From Thermodesulfobacteriota bacterium (lineage in GTDB: Bacteria; Desulfobacterota; RBG-13-43-22), in assembly GCA_049520575.1 (NCBI GenBank), contig JBEKPQ010000003.1, positions 24,632 through 88,631 of the forward strand: DNA of 64,000 bases. Reading direction: 5' to 3'. The notes under the pieces were generated by a model. That model saw only the letters and a list, made by a program, of their open reading frames with translations. It was not told where the DNA came from and did no database searches. Below are positions 28,161 to 37,947 of this stretch, piece by piece. Each line of letters opens with the position of its first letter. The stretch's first letter is position 1. Position numbers and translations under genes: made by a program.

Positions 28161-29422
28161 ACCCCCTTGAAAATGATACAGCAGTTCGTCCCTCCAAACC
28201 CAAAGGCATTGGAAAGGGCCAATTCATAATGATGCCGACGGACTTCGTTGGGCACCACATCGATATCCGAAAATTCTGGATCAGGAAGATGATTGATGGT
28301 CGGCAATATACACCCTCTTCCCATGGCTTCGATGGTCAAGGCCGCTTCAATAGCTGCGGTGGCCCCCAAGGTGTGGCCCAATTGGGACTTATTGGAGGAT
28401 ATGGGGATTTTTTCCATGGCCTTGCCGAACACTTCGCGCAGACATTTTATCTCCGTCCGGTCCCCTTTGGGCGTAGACGTACCGTGGGCATTAATATATT
28501 GGATATCTCTCGGTTCCAAGCCTGCATCCTCAATGGTTTCTCTGATGGCCCGGACAATGGTGACGGGGTTGGGACTGGTGTAATGATAAGCGTCCGATGT
28601 CCAGCCCACACCCAAGACCTCGGCCCGGGCTTTGAGACCATAAGCCTTAATGACTTCTTCCGCCGCCAGAACCACTGCGCCCGCTCCTTCGGAAAGGACA
28701 AACCCTTTACGGTCAACACTGAAAGGGCGGGAGGCCTGGGCCGGATCCGTAAAGGCCCTATCTTTTGGGTGGACCTTGATCGTGGCATTCATATTGGCAA
28801 AGCCGTGAATCAATTCCGGAAGGATAGGGGCATCGGCCCCGCCGGCCAACACGAAATCGCAATCCCCGTCCCGGATCATTCTGGCCCCTATGCCGATGGC
28901 GTGGTTCCCCGAGGCGCAGGCCCCTTGGGGGGAAAAGATGGGACCGGTGAATTTTAGGAGCATGCCGGCCTTACCACCAGGTACATTGGCGCATAGATTG
29001 GGCAGCAGATAAGGGCTTACCCGGAGAGGTCCCCGTTGTTCCAGGTCCTGCATGGCAATTCGAAAGGCCTCCGGCCCATTTAAGGCGGAACCGATCAGGC
29101 AGGCCATTCGTGGGGAAATCTGTTCATCCATGGTAATCCCGGCGTTTTGCAGGGCTTCCTGACAGACAGCCATGGTCATGATTACAAAACCGGCGTTCCA
29201 GTTGTACACTTCTTTGGCATCGATATAATCCAGCTCCAAGGGATTCCAGTCCGGGATTTCTCCGACAATGTTGCAGGCCGATTCCACCTGACACCGGGTC
29301 ACCTTCCGGAACCCGGCTTCCCCTTTAACAGCCCGCTTCCAGGTCTTCTCAAAGGTGCTGCCCAGGGGTGTGGCCATCCCGTAACCGACAACAAACACTC
29401 TTCTGTTTTTAGGTGCCTTCAT
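28157..29422 (-). CDS. Beta-ketoacyl-ACP synthase (FabB/FabF-like KS).
   Basis: Active-site Cys in GACASGNHA; His motifs NAHGTSTPKGD and GHTLGATAAIE. Confidence 0.9.
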   Translation of the reverse strand: MKAPKNRRVFVVGYGMATPLGSTFEKTWKRAVKGEAGFRKVTRCQVESACNIVGEIPDWNPLELDYIDAKEVYNWNAGFVIMTMAVCQEALQNAGITMDEQISPRMACLIGSALNGPEAFRIAMQDLEQRGPLRVSPYLLPNLCANVPGGKAGMLLKFTGPIFSPQGACASGNHAIGIGARMIRDGDCDFVLAGGADAPILPELIHGFANMNATIKVHPKDRAFTDPAQASRPFSVDRKGFVLSEGAGAVVLAAEEVIKAYGLKARAEVLGVGWTSDAYHYTSPNPVTIVRAIRETIEDAGLEPRDIQYINAHGTSTPKGDRTEIKCLREVFGKAMEKIPISSNKSQLGHTLGATAAIEAALTIEAMGRGCILPTINHLPDPEFSDIDVVPNEVRRHHYELALSNAFGFGGTNCCIIFKGV

Positions 29423-29494
29423 GGTTCAGTGCACATCCTTTATGACTTTACCAGTTTCAACTATCCGGTGCGAGGATATTTATTCTGGCTTCAA

Positions 29495-30745
29495 TTATAT
29501 CAGCCTGCGTAAAACCAGACAGGCATTGCACCCGCCAAAGCCCAGTGCATTTTTCAAGACAAATTCTCCGCTTAATTTTCTGGCTCCCTCGGCCACACAG
29601 TCCAATTCAACATCCGGATCAGGGAGATAATTAATCGTAGGAAGCAAGGTCTCTTTGAGCAAACCTTCCATGGTGAAAATGGCCTCGATGGCGCTGGAAG
29701 CCCCCATGGCATGGCCCATTTGGGATTTATTGGCCGATACCGGAGGAAGTCGCTTTCCGAAGATATTATGCAGGGCATCAACCTCCACCTTGTCCCCTAC
29801 CTTGGTTGAAGTGGCGTGGGCGTTAATGGCATCGATATCCGAAGGTTTAATCCCGGCCTGGGCAATAGCCAGCTCCATAGACCTTTGAACCGTTTCCAGA
29901 TTGGGGGCAACGAAGTGCTTGGCATCCGAGGTCATTCCAAACCCGGCCAATTCAATGGGCGCTTTAAGTCCATGGGCGGCGGCGAATTCCGCTGAGGCAA
30001 TGATAATACAGGCGGCCCCTTCGGAAACCACGAACCCCCTGCGATTTAAGGAAAAAGGCCGGCTGGTTTTTTCGGGCGGTTCAGGCGGCTGGCCTTCTTT
30101 GGGATGATAAGCGCCGTTCATGGTGGCAAAGCCGGCAACAATCGGTTCAACCAAGGGAAAGTCAACCGCTCCTCCGATGACCACATCAGCCAGACCCTGA
30201 CGCAGGAGCATTGCCCCTGTAATCAATGAGGTGATGCCCGTTGCGCAAGCTGTGATGGTGGAAAAGATGGGTCCGGTGGCCCCGGTGAAAACAGAGACCC
30301 GTCCACCGACCATATTGATGCATGAGTTGGGGTTGGTAAAGGGATGGGGCATTTTCCCTTGGGAGACCATCAGCCGGTCCGCCTCCAACACGGCATCCAG
30401 CCCGCCGATAGCGCTGCTGAAGGTGACGGCCACGCGGGGGGCGATCTCGGGTGTAATCACCAAACCGCTTTTTTGCAGTGCGCGGTGGACGACCAGCAGG
30501 GCGTGGGGGAAAATAGGGGAAGTCCAATGAGCCATTTCCCGGGGCTGCAAAAAAGGAAAAGGTCTGGTATCAAGGGGCGGAACTTCTCCGGCCACTCTAA
30601 CCGGAAAATCGTGGGGCAAGGGAAAACGGGTTAAGGGACCTATCCCCGAGTCCCCGCGAACCGCCTTTTCCCACTGGGTTTCCCATTCCGTACCTAAAGG
30701 GGAAACGGCATCATACCCTAAAATGACTGCTTTTTTTGGTTCCAT
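29495..30745 (-). CDS. Beta-ketoacyl-ACP synthase, second copy with the catalytic Cys retained. Probable start MEPKKAVILGYD.
   Basis: TACATG active-site Cys; NAHATSTKVGD and GHAMGASSAIEA His motifs. Confidence 0.85.
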   Translation of the reverse strand: MEPKKAVILGYDAVSPLGTEWETQWEKAVRGDSGIGPLTRFPLPHDFPVRVAGEVPPLDTRPFPFLQPREMAHWTSPIFPHALLVVHRALQKSGLVITPEIAPRVAVTFSSAIGGLDAVLEADRLMVSQGKMPHPFTNPNSCINMVGGRVSVFTGATGPIFSTITACATGITSLITGAMLLRQGLADVVIGGAVDFPLVEPIVAGFATMNGAYHPKEGQPPEPPEKTSRPFSLNRRGFVVSEGAACIIIASAEFAAAHGLKAPIELAGFGMTSDAKHFVAPNLETVQRSMELAIAQAGIKPSDIDAINAHATSTKVGDKVEVDALHNIFGKRLPPVSANKSQMGHAMGASSAIEAIFTMEGLLKETLLPTINYLPDPDVELDCVAEGARKLSGEFVLKNALGFGGCNACLVLRRLI

Positions 30746-30921
30746 AAAGAGTACCCAGATTAAAAAAACCATTTGAAGAGAGAAAAATCTTTAAATTTAT
30801 GCTCTCGGGATCACCTAATGTTGAGGAGACCAGGACAGCGCTTTTTCTCTTTTCGATTGAATCGATGATGAGATCGGATTTGAATGCCGGAAAAAGCAAA
30901 CTACCGAAGTCCCACCCATAA

Positions 30922-31920
30922 TCACCAGGGGATGAAATGATACAGCTTGGCGAACATTTCATAAACTTCGATCCAGTTCTGCAAATCTTCAGTCGACCGA
31001 ATATGTTCTCTTTTATTGACCATAACCCAGCTCATATGGGCCGCCCCGTCCTTGCAGGTGGAGCAGTCCCGGCTGGCCGAAGTGCAACAGCGGTGGACCG
31101 TCTTTAAATCGGAAGCCCAGCGGATAAAATGAATCAAACGGTGGGGCTGGGGATTCCTATCGTCCAAGGATTCGGTTACAGAGGGACATTCTTTCCAGCC
31201 GAAAGGACGGCCCATCATGGTCCCTGTGGTGATGATTTGATGGTAATATTTGCTGGAAATAACCGTTTGAGGATACCGGTCCAGCATTTCATCTAGTTCG
31301 TGACGCAAGGCCGTTAGCTCTTTTTCCCGCCAGGAAAAACCTTCCACATGCTCGTCGTTTGACAAAAGCTGAAGATGGACCTTCAATCCAATATCGGCGA
31401 TTCTTTTGATGACCGGTTCAATTTTACCCACCTGCCGCGGTGTGATGGTGTACAGATAATAAGTGTAGGGGTCACCGGTATAATGCTTACTGGAAATCGC
31501 AAAGGTGTCTCTCCCCCTTAGAACCTTTTCATCTTCAGGGCTGCCCCAGAGAGAAATCCCGACCATCATATCAGGGAACCGATCCCGGGGCACTTTTATC
31601 AAGCCGTTGGTGGCGCAATAGGTCGGCAGCCGATGATAAAAGGCCTCAGCCCTGTCCAGGAAAAGCGTCGGCTCTCCGCCGATCAATATGGCCAGATTGA
31701 CGCCCCGCTCCTTTTCCCGGTCAATAAAGGCCTCCCACTTTTTTAGATCCATTTCTTCACGGGCCGCCTGGTGTTCGTTGGAGGAAAAGAAAAAACACCC
31801 CTTACAGCGCAAATTGCATTGGTTGGTAACATCATAGATAGAACTGCGAATATTTAATTTGGAAATCCTCCGATAGCGTTCGTACCAGGATGAATCTAAT
31901 AATGAACTGACAGTTTTCAT
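30922..31920 (-). CDS. Radical SAM protein with a SPASM/twitch-like C-terminal Cys cluster. Probable start MKTVSS at 31920; the longer ORF-track form would overlap the upstream paralogue by 100 nt.
   Basis: CNLRCKGC (CX3CX2C), GGEPTL, C-terminal CCTSASRDCSTC. Paralogous to the adjacent gene. Confidence 0.7.
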   Translation of the reverse strand: MKTVSSLLDSSWYERYRRISKLNIRSSIYDVTNQCNLRCKGCFFFSSNEHQAAREEMDLKKWEAFIDREKERGVNLAILIGGEPTLFLDRAEAFYHRLPTYCATNGLIKVPRDRFPDMMVGISLWGSPEDEKVLRGRDTFAISSKHYTGDPYTYYLYTITPRQVGKIEPVIKRIADIGLKVHLQLLSNDEHVEGFSWREKELTALRHELDEMLDRYPQTVISSKYYHQIITTGTMMGRPFGWKECPSVTESLDDRNPQPHRLIHFIRWASDLKTVHRCCTSASRDCSTCKDGAAHMSWVMVNKREHIRSTEDLQNWIEVYEMFAKLYHFIPW

Positions 31921-31973
31921 AAAGTCGTCCCTTAAAATCTTCTTTTTGGTTTTCTGATTTTTCGGTCCGGGGT

Positions 31974-33044
31974 TCAGGTCATCGGGGGGCTGACCGGGGC
32001 CGGACAGAGATTCTCCCCTTTGGGATACCCCATCACCCACACCGCCAGGTACGTATCCACATAATCCAGCCAAGCCTTGAAGGTGTCCAATTGACCGGCA
32101 TGACGAAAAAGACGGGCGGTGACCACAGCTGAACCTGAGGCATAATGCCGGCAGTCGTTACAATCGGTATCCGGCACACAGCAGGCCACCGACCGGTCCC
32201 ATTTTAAATCCGTTCGGTACTGTCGAAAGGACCGTCCCAGGCCAATGTCCTGAGAGGGGTTTTGTCGAGGGTACTGGCAGGCAAAAAGGTCATGCAAACT
32301 GCCGCGGTGGGTATGGGCAACGGCATTATAGGCCGAGAACAAAACCTGCTGAGGATATTTCTCCAGGAGGGCGATCATATTGTTTCTGGTTTGTTCCAGT
32401 GAATCTTCATTATGGCGTAAAGGTCCCTTATAGCCCACCGGGGAGGAAAAAACATTGAAGGTCAACTTACAATCCTCGGCCACGAGGCGTTCGGCCACCT
32501 CCCAGACCTCTCCGATATTGCTCCGGGTGAAGGTATAAACAAAAACGGCCCGCGGGTCATTCCGATAGTTTTCGATTTGTTTTTTTAAAAGATCCTTGGC
32601 TTTCCGCACCCGAAGGCTGGTTTCATCGTTGCCCCAGACGGAAATATGGATTTTATAGCCGACCGATTCCGAAATTTTTTTCAATCCGTTGGTGGCTATG
32701 CTGCCCAGCGGCATTTCCTGAAAACAAACCTCCAACAGTTCCGGAACGAGCGAGGGTTCGGCCCCGGCCAGAACCACATAGGTGATCCCCCGTTTTTTTT
32801 CGGTTTGCATCAGTTCCCGCCAGGCTTCGACCTGATTGTTTTCAACGGCAAATTGTTTTTCCCCCTCATAATAATAACAGCCGTCGCAGCGGAGATTGCA
32901 GCGATTGCTCATGTCATAGGTGGATTCCCGCAGGAAAAAATATTTTCGGACTTTCTCCCACCGCTGTCTGACTTCCGGATGGTCAAGCAGTTCGGAAAAT
33001 TTCGGTTGGTCTGGTTCCAAGGATGGCTGATGATTCATGGTCAT
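31974..33044 (-). CDS. Radical SAM protein with a SPASM/twitch-like C-terminal Cys cluster; paralogue of the previous gene.
   Basis: CNLRCDGC (CX3CX2C), AGAEPSL, C-terminal CCVPDTDCNDC. Confidence 0.75.
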   Translation of the reverse strand: MTMNHQPSLEPDQPKFSELLDHPEVRQRWEKVRKYFFLRESTYDMSNRCNLRCDGCYYYEGEKQFAVENNQVEAWRELMQTEKKRGITYVVLAGAEPSLVPELLEVCFQEMPLGSIATNGLKKISESVGYKIHISVWGNDETSLRVRKAKDLLKKQIENYRNDPRAVFVYTFTRSNIGEVWEVAERLVAEDCKLTFNVFSSPVGYKGPLRHNEDSLEQTRNNMIALLEKYPQQVLFSAYNAVAHTHRGSLHDLFACQYPRQNPSQDIGLGRSFRQYRTDLKWDRSVACCVPDTDCNDCRHYASGSAVVTARLFRHAGQLDTFKAWLDYVDTYLAVWVMGYPKGENLCPAPVSPPMT

Positions 33045-33102
33045 GGCGAATGAGTTCCTCTCAATTGCTCTACCCTAGCATCGAGATCAGGCTGCCGGAT
33101 TC

Positions 33103-33378
33103 TTAACTCCGGGCCTTAACTCTTTCCTCAACATATTCGGCGATCAAGCGAATGGTCTTCAATTTGGGATAATCGTCTTCGTCAATTACAATCTTGTATT
33201 CATCCTGTAAAACCAGAGAGATAGTGGCCAGATCCATACTATCAATTCCCAGTTCATCGATCAGGTCCAAATCAGGATTGAACGTCTCAACCGTTACATC
33301 TTCCAGTTTGAGTTCAAAAATTATTTTTTGGGCTACATTTTCAATAATGCCCTTAATTTCTCCCTTTTCAGGCATCAT
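33103..33378 (-). CDS. Acyl carrier protein.
   Basis: 91 aa; phosphopantetheine attachment motif LGIDSMD. Confidence 0.8.
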   Translation of the reverse strand: MMPEKGEIKGIIENVAQKIIFELKLEDVTVETFNPDLDLIDELGIDSMDLATISLVLQDEYKIVIDEDDYPKLKTIRLIAEYVEERVKARS

Positions 33379-33430
33379 TATCCTCCCTTTTTTATTAGTT
33401 TTCTGATTGGCTTTCCTTAAAGTAAAAGGA

Positions 33431-33466
33431 ATTATAAAATAAAAAGTAAACCGGGGTCAAGGGAAA
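33431..33466 (-). promoter_or_regulatory. Promoter E of the conserved family, on the minus strand. It reads TTTTCCCTTGACCCCGG (-35 at 33455-33460), 18 nt spacer, TATAAT (33431-33436). Drives the ACP-rSAM-rSAM-KS-KS-TE-DH operon.
   Basis: Reverse complement read by hand. The CCTTGACCCCGG block is identical to promoter D. Confidence 0.55.
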
Positions 33467-33489
33467 ATTAGTATATTGTTTGTTCTATA

Positions 33490-33518
33490 TTGACATTACC
33501 CATAGTTATAGATAGAAT
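33490..33518 (+). promoter_or_regulatory. Sigma70-like promoter TTGACA-17-TAGAAT for the dehydratase/ketoreductase operon.
   Basis: Hexamers with a 17 nt spacer about 75 nt upstream of the ATG at 33594. Confidence 0.45.
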
Positions 33519-33593
33519 TTTTCATCTTGATAAAAAGTTTCTCCAAAAGAAAAGATCTTATATTTTAAAACAGATAGTTTGGAAATAGGAAGT

Positions 33594-33986
33594 ATGCCTA
33601 CCCCCCCCGATGATTGGTTGCCTCTGGAGAAACAACGGATCACCCCTGAAGGCCGATGGGAATCGAGGGTGCGATTCGGACCCCAATCGAAGTGGTTCTC
33701 GGGGCATTTTGAAACATTCCCCTTGTTACCCGGCGTGGCCCTCCTCGCCTTGGCTTCTGAAACGCTACAAAGGCAAGCCTTTGAAAATGGTCGGCTTCTC
33801 GATGTGTTAGGCTTTTCCAGAGTAAGATTTAGGCATCTGGTTCTCCCGGGGGATGAACTGTGCATTTCTGTAGCAGCCATGCCCAGCGGTCCTGAGGCTA
33901 AACTCGATTTTCAGATAACCTGTCAGGCCAAACTCGTTGCCCATGGTTTTTTGAAGGCCCGAGAAGAAGGTCCTTTTGAACACTGA
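33594..33986 (+). CDS. FabZ/FabA-like hot-dog dehydratase with its catalytic His (ApeP-like). Start at the ATG 33594, preceded by an AGGAAG RBS.
   Basis: Motif FSGHFETFPLLPGVALLALASE matches the FabZ hFxGHFPxxPvmPGVLxxE signature. Confidence 0.75.
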   Translation: MPTPPDDWLPLEKQRITPEGRWESRVRFGPQSKWFSGHFETFPLLPGVALLALASETLQRQAFENGRLLDVLGFSRVRFRHLVLPGDELCISVAAMPSGPEAKLDFQITCQAKLVAHGFLKAREEGPFEH

Positions 33987-34011
33987 TGACTGATTCGATG
34001 GGATAAAAAAA

Positions 34012-34476
34012 ATGGAACGGAATGAATTATTTCCTGCTGAACCTCTGATCCCGCACCGTCATCTTATGAGACTCTTGGAATGGGTAAGACGACCGATCGA
34101 GAAAACCCTGCAGGCAGAAACTACCGTAAACGCCAATTGGCCTCTTCACCGGGACGGGATGGTGAATGCCGTGATATGTATCGAACTGGTCGCCCAGGCC
34201 ATCGCTGCCTTGAGAACCTGGAATAAAGGAAAAGGAGCCGAATCGCGACTTGGATTCGTAGTCGGTCTTAAAAAAGCTGAATTTTCTACCTCCAGCATTC
34301 CTGTGGGGACGAGGCTTGTTATCCATATTGCCGAGACCTATCATGTTGAAAAATATGCCGTGTATGAAGGTCAGGTCAACTCTGGGTCGGATTTCAACTT
34401 TAAAACCACAATCCAGGTCATGGAGCCGGAGGAGGAAGCCCTTTCCGAAAAAACTTTGCTGGACGGGCCGGGGTAG
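34012..34476 (+). CDS. Hot-dog-fold dehydratase partner subunit lacking the FabZ His motif (ApeI-like).
   Basis: 154 aa with hot-dog-like secondary-structure pattern. Adjacent to and co-oriented with the FabZ-like gene, as in heterodimeric dehydratase pairs. Confidence 0.5.
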   Translation: MERNELFPAEPLIPHRHLMRLLEWVRRPIEKTLQAETTVNANWPLHRDGMVNAVICIELVAQAIAALRTWNKGKGAESRLGFVVGLKKAEFSTSSIPVGTRLVIHIAETYHVEKYAVYEGQVNSGSDFNFKTTIQVMEPEEEALSEKTLLDGPG

Positions 34477-34597
34477 GGCAATGAGTTACCTTTTAAACAA
34501 GCCCCAAAAAAGATCCCCCAGTCCAATGTTAGGTAAGTCCATCCATTTCAGGTCAAGATTATTATAAACCCTTAATAACTTGTGGAGAAAAAAAAAC

Positions 34598-35335
34598 ATG
34601 GACCCTTTATCGCCCATGAAGGTTGCCCTGGTAACGGGCGGAAGTCGGGGAATCGGACGGGCTATCTGTTTGGAACTGGCAAAAAACGGCTTATATGTGA
34701 TAATCAATTTTCTTTCTAACCAAAAGGCGGCGGAAGAGACCTTGAGATTGATTCAGGAAGTTGGAGGAAGGGGCGAGACGGTCTGTTTTGACGTAGCGGA
34801 TCAAGAAGTAACGGAGAAAAGCCTTGAAGCCCTTTTAATCCGTCATGAAGGCATTGATATTTTAGTCAATAATGCCGGAGTAGCGGCAGACGGCCTTTTT
34901 TTGCTCCTGTCTAAAGAGGAATGGACCCGGGTTCTTAACACATCGTTACAAGGATTTTATAATGTCACTCAGCCTGTCCTTAAAAAGATGGTCACCAGGA
35001 ACCAAGGGGTGATTGTGATCATCTCCTCCGTTTCTGCCAGGCTCGGCCACCGCGGTCAGACCAACTATTCGGCAGCCAAGGCCGGTCTTGAAGGGGCTTG
35101 TCGATCCCTGGCCTCGGAGGTCGCCCGTCTCGGTATTCGGGTCAACATAGTAGCCCCAGGCATGATCGAAACCGAGATGATTCAAGCCATGCCCAAGGCG
35201 ATGATAAAACAGATCATCCCCATGGGTCGGGTTGGACTCCCGGAAGAGGTGGCCAAAGTTGTCCGATTCCTCTGTTCCGATGATGCCTCCTATATTACCG
35301 GTCAAGTCATCTCCGTCAATGGGGGAATGATTTAG
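34598..35335 (+). CDS. 3-oxoacyl-ACP reductase (FabG-like SDR). Start at the ATG 34598.
   Basis: TGGSRGIG Rossmann motif, NNAG, and catalytic S...Y...K (YSAAKAG). Confidence 0.85.
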   Translation: MDPLSPMKVALVTGGSRGIGRAICLELAKNGLYVIINFLSNQKAAEETLRLIQEVGGRGETVCFDVADQEVTEKSLEALLIRHEGIDILVNNAGVAADGLFLLLSKEEWTRVLNTSLQGFYNVTQPVLKKMVTRNQGVIVIISSVSARLGHRGQTNYSAAKAGLEGACRSLASEVARLGIRVNIVAPGMIETEMIQAMPKAMIKQIIPMGRVGLPEEVAKVVRFLCSDDASYITGQVISVNGGMI

Positions 35336-35442
35336 GCTGGTTCAGGGAAGGAAACTTAGCGATTTTTTCCCAAGCGTCGGCGGACAAGAGTTCTATTTTT
35401 TTGTTTTCTAAGCCAAATAAAGCCTGTTTAAATTTGACCTTT

Positions 35443-35479
35443 TTTCTCCTTGACCCAGCACTTTTCTTGCCCTATAATT
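35443..35479 (+). promoter_or_regulatory. Promoter B of the conserved family: TTTTCTCCTTGACCCAG (-35 at 35450-35455), 17 nt spacer, TATAAT (35473-35478). Upstream of the ACP-KS-PlsC-like operon.
   Basis: Consensus hexamers plus the shared TCTCC extension. Confidence 0.6.
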
Positions 35480-35558
35480 ATTTTTTTAAAATTGATCGAT
35501 CTTATTGAAGATCCTTGGTTAAAGAATTGGAAGAAGGAAGCTGTAAGATAACAAAACG

Positions 35559-35825
35559 ATGGATACCATTATGACACGGGAAGAGATAAAGAGTGAAATA
35601 TTAAAAATTCTATTCAGAGAATTTGAAATCGAAAATCCCGACTTGGATGATGATTTAAGAGAGAAGTATGAGTTCGACAGTATCGACGCCATAGAACTTC
35701 TGGTAGCGATTGAACATTTATTAAAAACAGAGCTGACTCAGGAAGAAAAAAAACAGGCCATGGATATTAGGACCATTAACCATATTTGTGATTATGTGGA
35801 AGCTTTGGCTAAAGCCAGGGCCTGA
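35559..35825 (+). CDS. Acyl carrier protein.
   Basis: 88 aa; FDSIDAIEL phosphopantetheinylation motif. Confidence 0.8.
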   Translation: MDTIMTREEIKSEILKILFREFEIENPDLDDDLREKYEFDSIDAIELLVAIEHLLKTELTQEEKKQAMDIRTINHICDYVEALAKARA

Positions 35826-35828
35826 GAT

Positions 35829-37076
35829 GTGAGTCGTTTTATGGAAAGAAGAGTCGTTATTACGGCCTGTTCTGCAATTACCCCTATTGGGCATTCCAAA
35901 AAAGAAATCGTCAATAGCCTGGTTAAGGGAATTTCCGGAGTAAAACCGCTGCGCAAGGATGATCTTCTGACCCGTTATATCCATTCAGGAGTTTTCGGAA
36001 CGGTGGATTATCCGGTTGAGTACGATTTCAAACGTCAACATCGTAAGACCATGGGACCAGTGGCCTATTATGCCTGTCAGGTGGCCAAGGAAGTTATTGA
36101 GGCTTCCGGTTTAGATAATGCGTTTATCACCTCAGGGCGCTTAGGCGTGGCCTTTGGATCAACTCATGGCAGCCCTTCGGTTCAAAGGGAGATTTATAAA
36201 ATCTTTTTCGGAGGCTCGTCTTCTGAATATTCAAACATCGGTGCCGTAGAATACCTGAAATCCATGGTTCATACGACAGCGGTGAATATCACCAAGATGT
36301 TTGGAATTACGGGGCGGGTCATTTCCTCTTCAACGGCCTGCACGACCAGCAGCCAATCCATCGGTTTTGGATATGAATCGATCAAATTTGGGATGCAGGA
36401 CGCCATGCTTTGCGGCGGGGCAGACGAATATGACACCACGACCGTTGCTGTTTTTGATAATCTTTTGGCCTGTTCAACAGCTTTTAATGAAACACCCCAT
36501 CTCACCCCTCGACCGTTTGATTCCAGAAGAGACGGTCTTGTCGTAGGAGAGGGCGCCGGGGCGGTCCTGTTGGAAGAATACGAACATGCCCGGAAACGAG
36601 GGGCAAATATCCTTGGCGAAGTCATCGGGTTTGCTTGTAACAATAACGGCGGCGATTTGATATTGCCCAATCTAAACGGAGTCACCCAGACGCTTCTACT
36701 TGGGCTCGAGAATGCCGGAATTTCTCCGGATCAGATTGATCTTGTGAGCGCTCACGCCACAGCAACCAAAATGGGGGACATTATCGAGGCCCAGGCCATT
36801 CATATGGTCTATGGGAATGCTCCCTGGGTTGTCGGCTTAAAAAGTTATATGGGGCATACCATGGCGACCTGCGGTTCCATTGAAACGATTCTCTGCCTTT
36901 ACATGATGGAAGAAGGATTCATTGCTCCGACTTTGAATCTGGATGAAGTTGATGAACGCTGTGCCATGATTCGGCATGCCCTGAAACTTCAGGAAGGCAA
37001 CATCCGGATTGCTGCCATCCAAAATTTTGCCTTTGGGGGAGTGAATACCTGCCTGATTATCAAAAAATTCGAATAG
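35829..37076 (+). CDS. Beta-ketoacyl-ACP synthase, third KS.
   Basis: STACTTSS active-site Cys region; SAHATATKMGD and GHTMATCGSIE His motifs. Confidence 0.85.
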   Translation: MSRFMERRVVITACSAITPIGHSKKEIVNSLVKGISGVKPLRKDDLLTRYIHSGVFGTVDYPVEYDFKRQHRKTMGPVAYYACQVAKEVIEASGLDNAFITSGRLGVAFGSTHGSPSVQREIYKIFFGGSSSEYSNIGAVEYLKSMVHTTAVNITKMFGITGRVISSSTACTTSSQSIGFGYESIKFGMQDAMLCGGADEYDTTTVAVFDNLLACSTAFNETPHLTPRPFDSRRDGLVVGEGAGAVLLEEYEHARKRGANILGEVIGFACNNNGGDLILPNLNGVTQTLLLGLENAGISPDQIDLVSAHATATKMGDIIEAQAIHMVYGNAPWVVGLKSYMGHTMATCGSIETILCLYMMEEGFIAPTLNLDEVDERCAMIRHALKLQEGNIRIAAIQNFAFGGVNTCLIIKKFE

Positions 37077-37159
37077 ACCAAAACGATAAAAAAGCCGGGG
37101 ATGGCCCAGATCCAAGGCGTCCAGGACGAAGGCCCGTCCCGGCCGGATATCGCGAGCCC

Positions 37160-37927
37160 TTGACCATTCCCCGATGGATTAAAGGTCCGGTTGATCTTTT
37201 GGTCACCCTATTTTTATGGGTCTATTTTACCTTTGGCTATTTCATTTTATTCTCTCCCTTTTATCTCTTTTCCTTCCTGTTCTCTGATAACCTCGAAAAT
37301 TCTTTTCAAAAAATAAATCACCGATTTTTCAAATCGTTTTTTATACTCCTGCGAATCATCACCCCCCGTTTAAACATCCGCATTGACGACGACGTTTGTG
37401 CCATTCGGTCTTCCGTTATTGTCTGTAATCATCTTTCATACCTCGATCCGATCCTTATGGTTTCTTTGTTTGAAAAACAAAAGACGGTCGTTAAAAAAAC
37501 ATTTCTGAAAGTACCCGTTTTCGGATGGGTGTTAAAAAAATCCGGGTATTTATTTTCAACGAAAGAGGAGACTTTTACCGCCCTCATGCTGGAACGTATC
37601 AAGGATATGGAAAATTATCTGTCATCAGGGGGGAATTTATTCGTCTTTCCGGAAGGTACGAGAAGCCGAGACGGGAAGATCGGGCGGTTAAACAAAGGGG
37701 CCTTTACCATTGCCAAGCGATATCATGCTCCGATTCAGGTGTTGATGATCAACCAAACGAATAAGTTATTAAAGCCGGGCAGATCCTTATTAAATACCTG
37801 TGTTCCGATTACGATTGAAGTAAAACGGATTGGAAGCATTCCTCCGGAATACACCAGCGATGGCTTATCGATTCAGAGAGTGATGGAACAGGTCAGGCAG
37901 TTTTTTGAACAGCAGCTCGAGCCATAG
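37160..37927 (+). CDS. PlsC-like lysophospholipid/1-acylglycerol-3-phosphate acyltransferase. Start codon is non-ATG (TTG at 37160); there is no in-frame ATG before the catalytic motif.
   Basis: HX4D motif CNHLSYLD and FPEGTRS block; N-terminal TM segment. Confidence 0.7.
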   Translation: MTIPRWIKGPVDLLVTLFLWVYFTFGYFILFSPFYLFSFLFSDNLENSFQKINHRFFKSFFILLRIITPRLNIRIDDDVCAIRSSVIVCNHLSYLDPILMVSLFEKQKTVVKKTFLKVPVFGWVLKKSGYLFSTKEETFTALMLERIKDMENYLSSGGNLFVFPEGTRSRDGKIGRLNKGAFTIAKRYHAPIQVLMINQTNKLLKPGRSLLNTCVPITIEVKRIGSIPPEYTSDGLSIQRVMEQVRQFFEQQLEP

Positions 37928-37947
37928 TTTTGCCTGCCTATCCGTAT

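Noticed and set aside
28229-28957. 242 aa plus-strand ORF
   Set aside because: Antisense to the first ketosynthase; no motifs.
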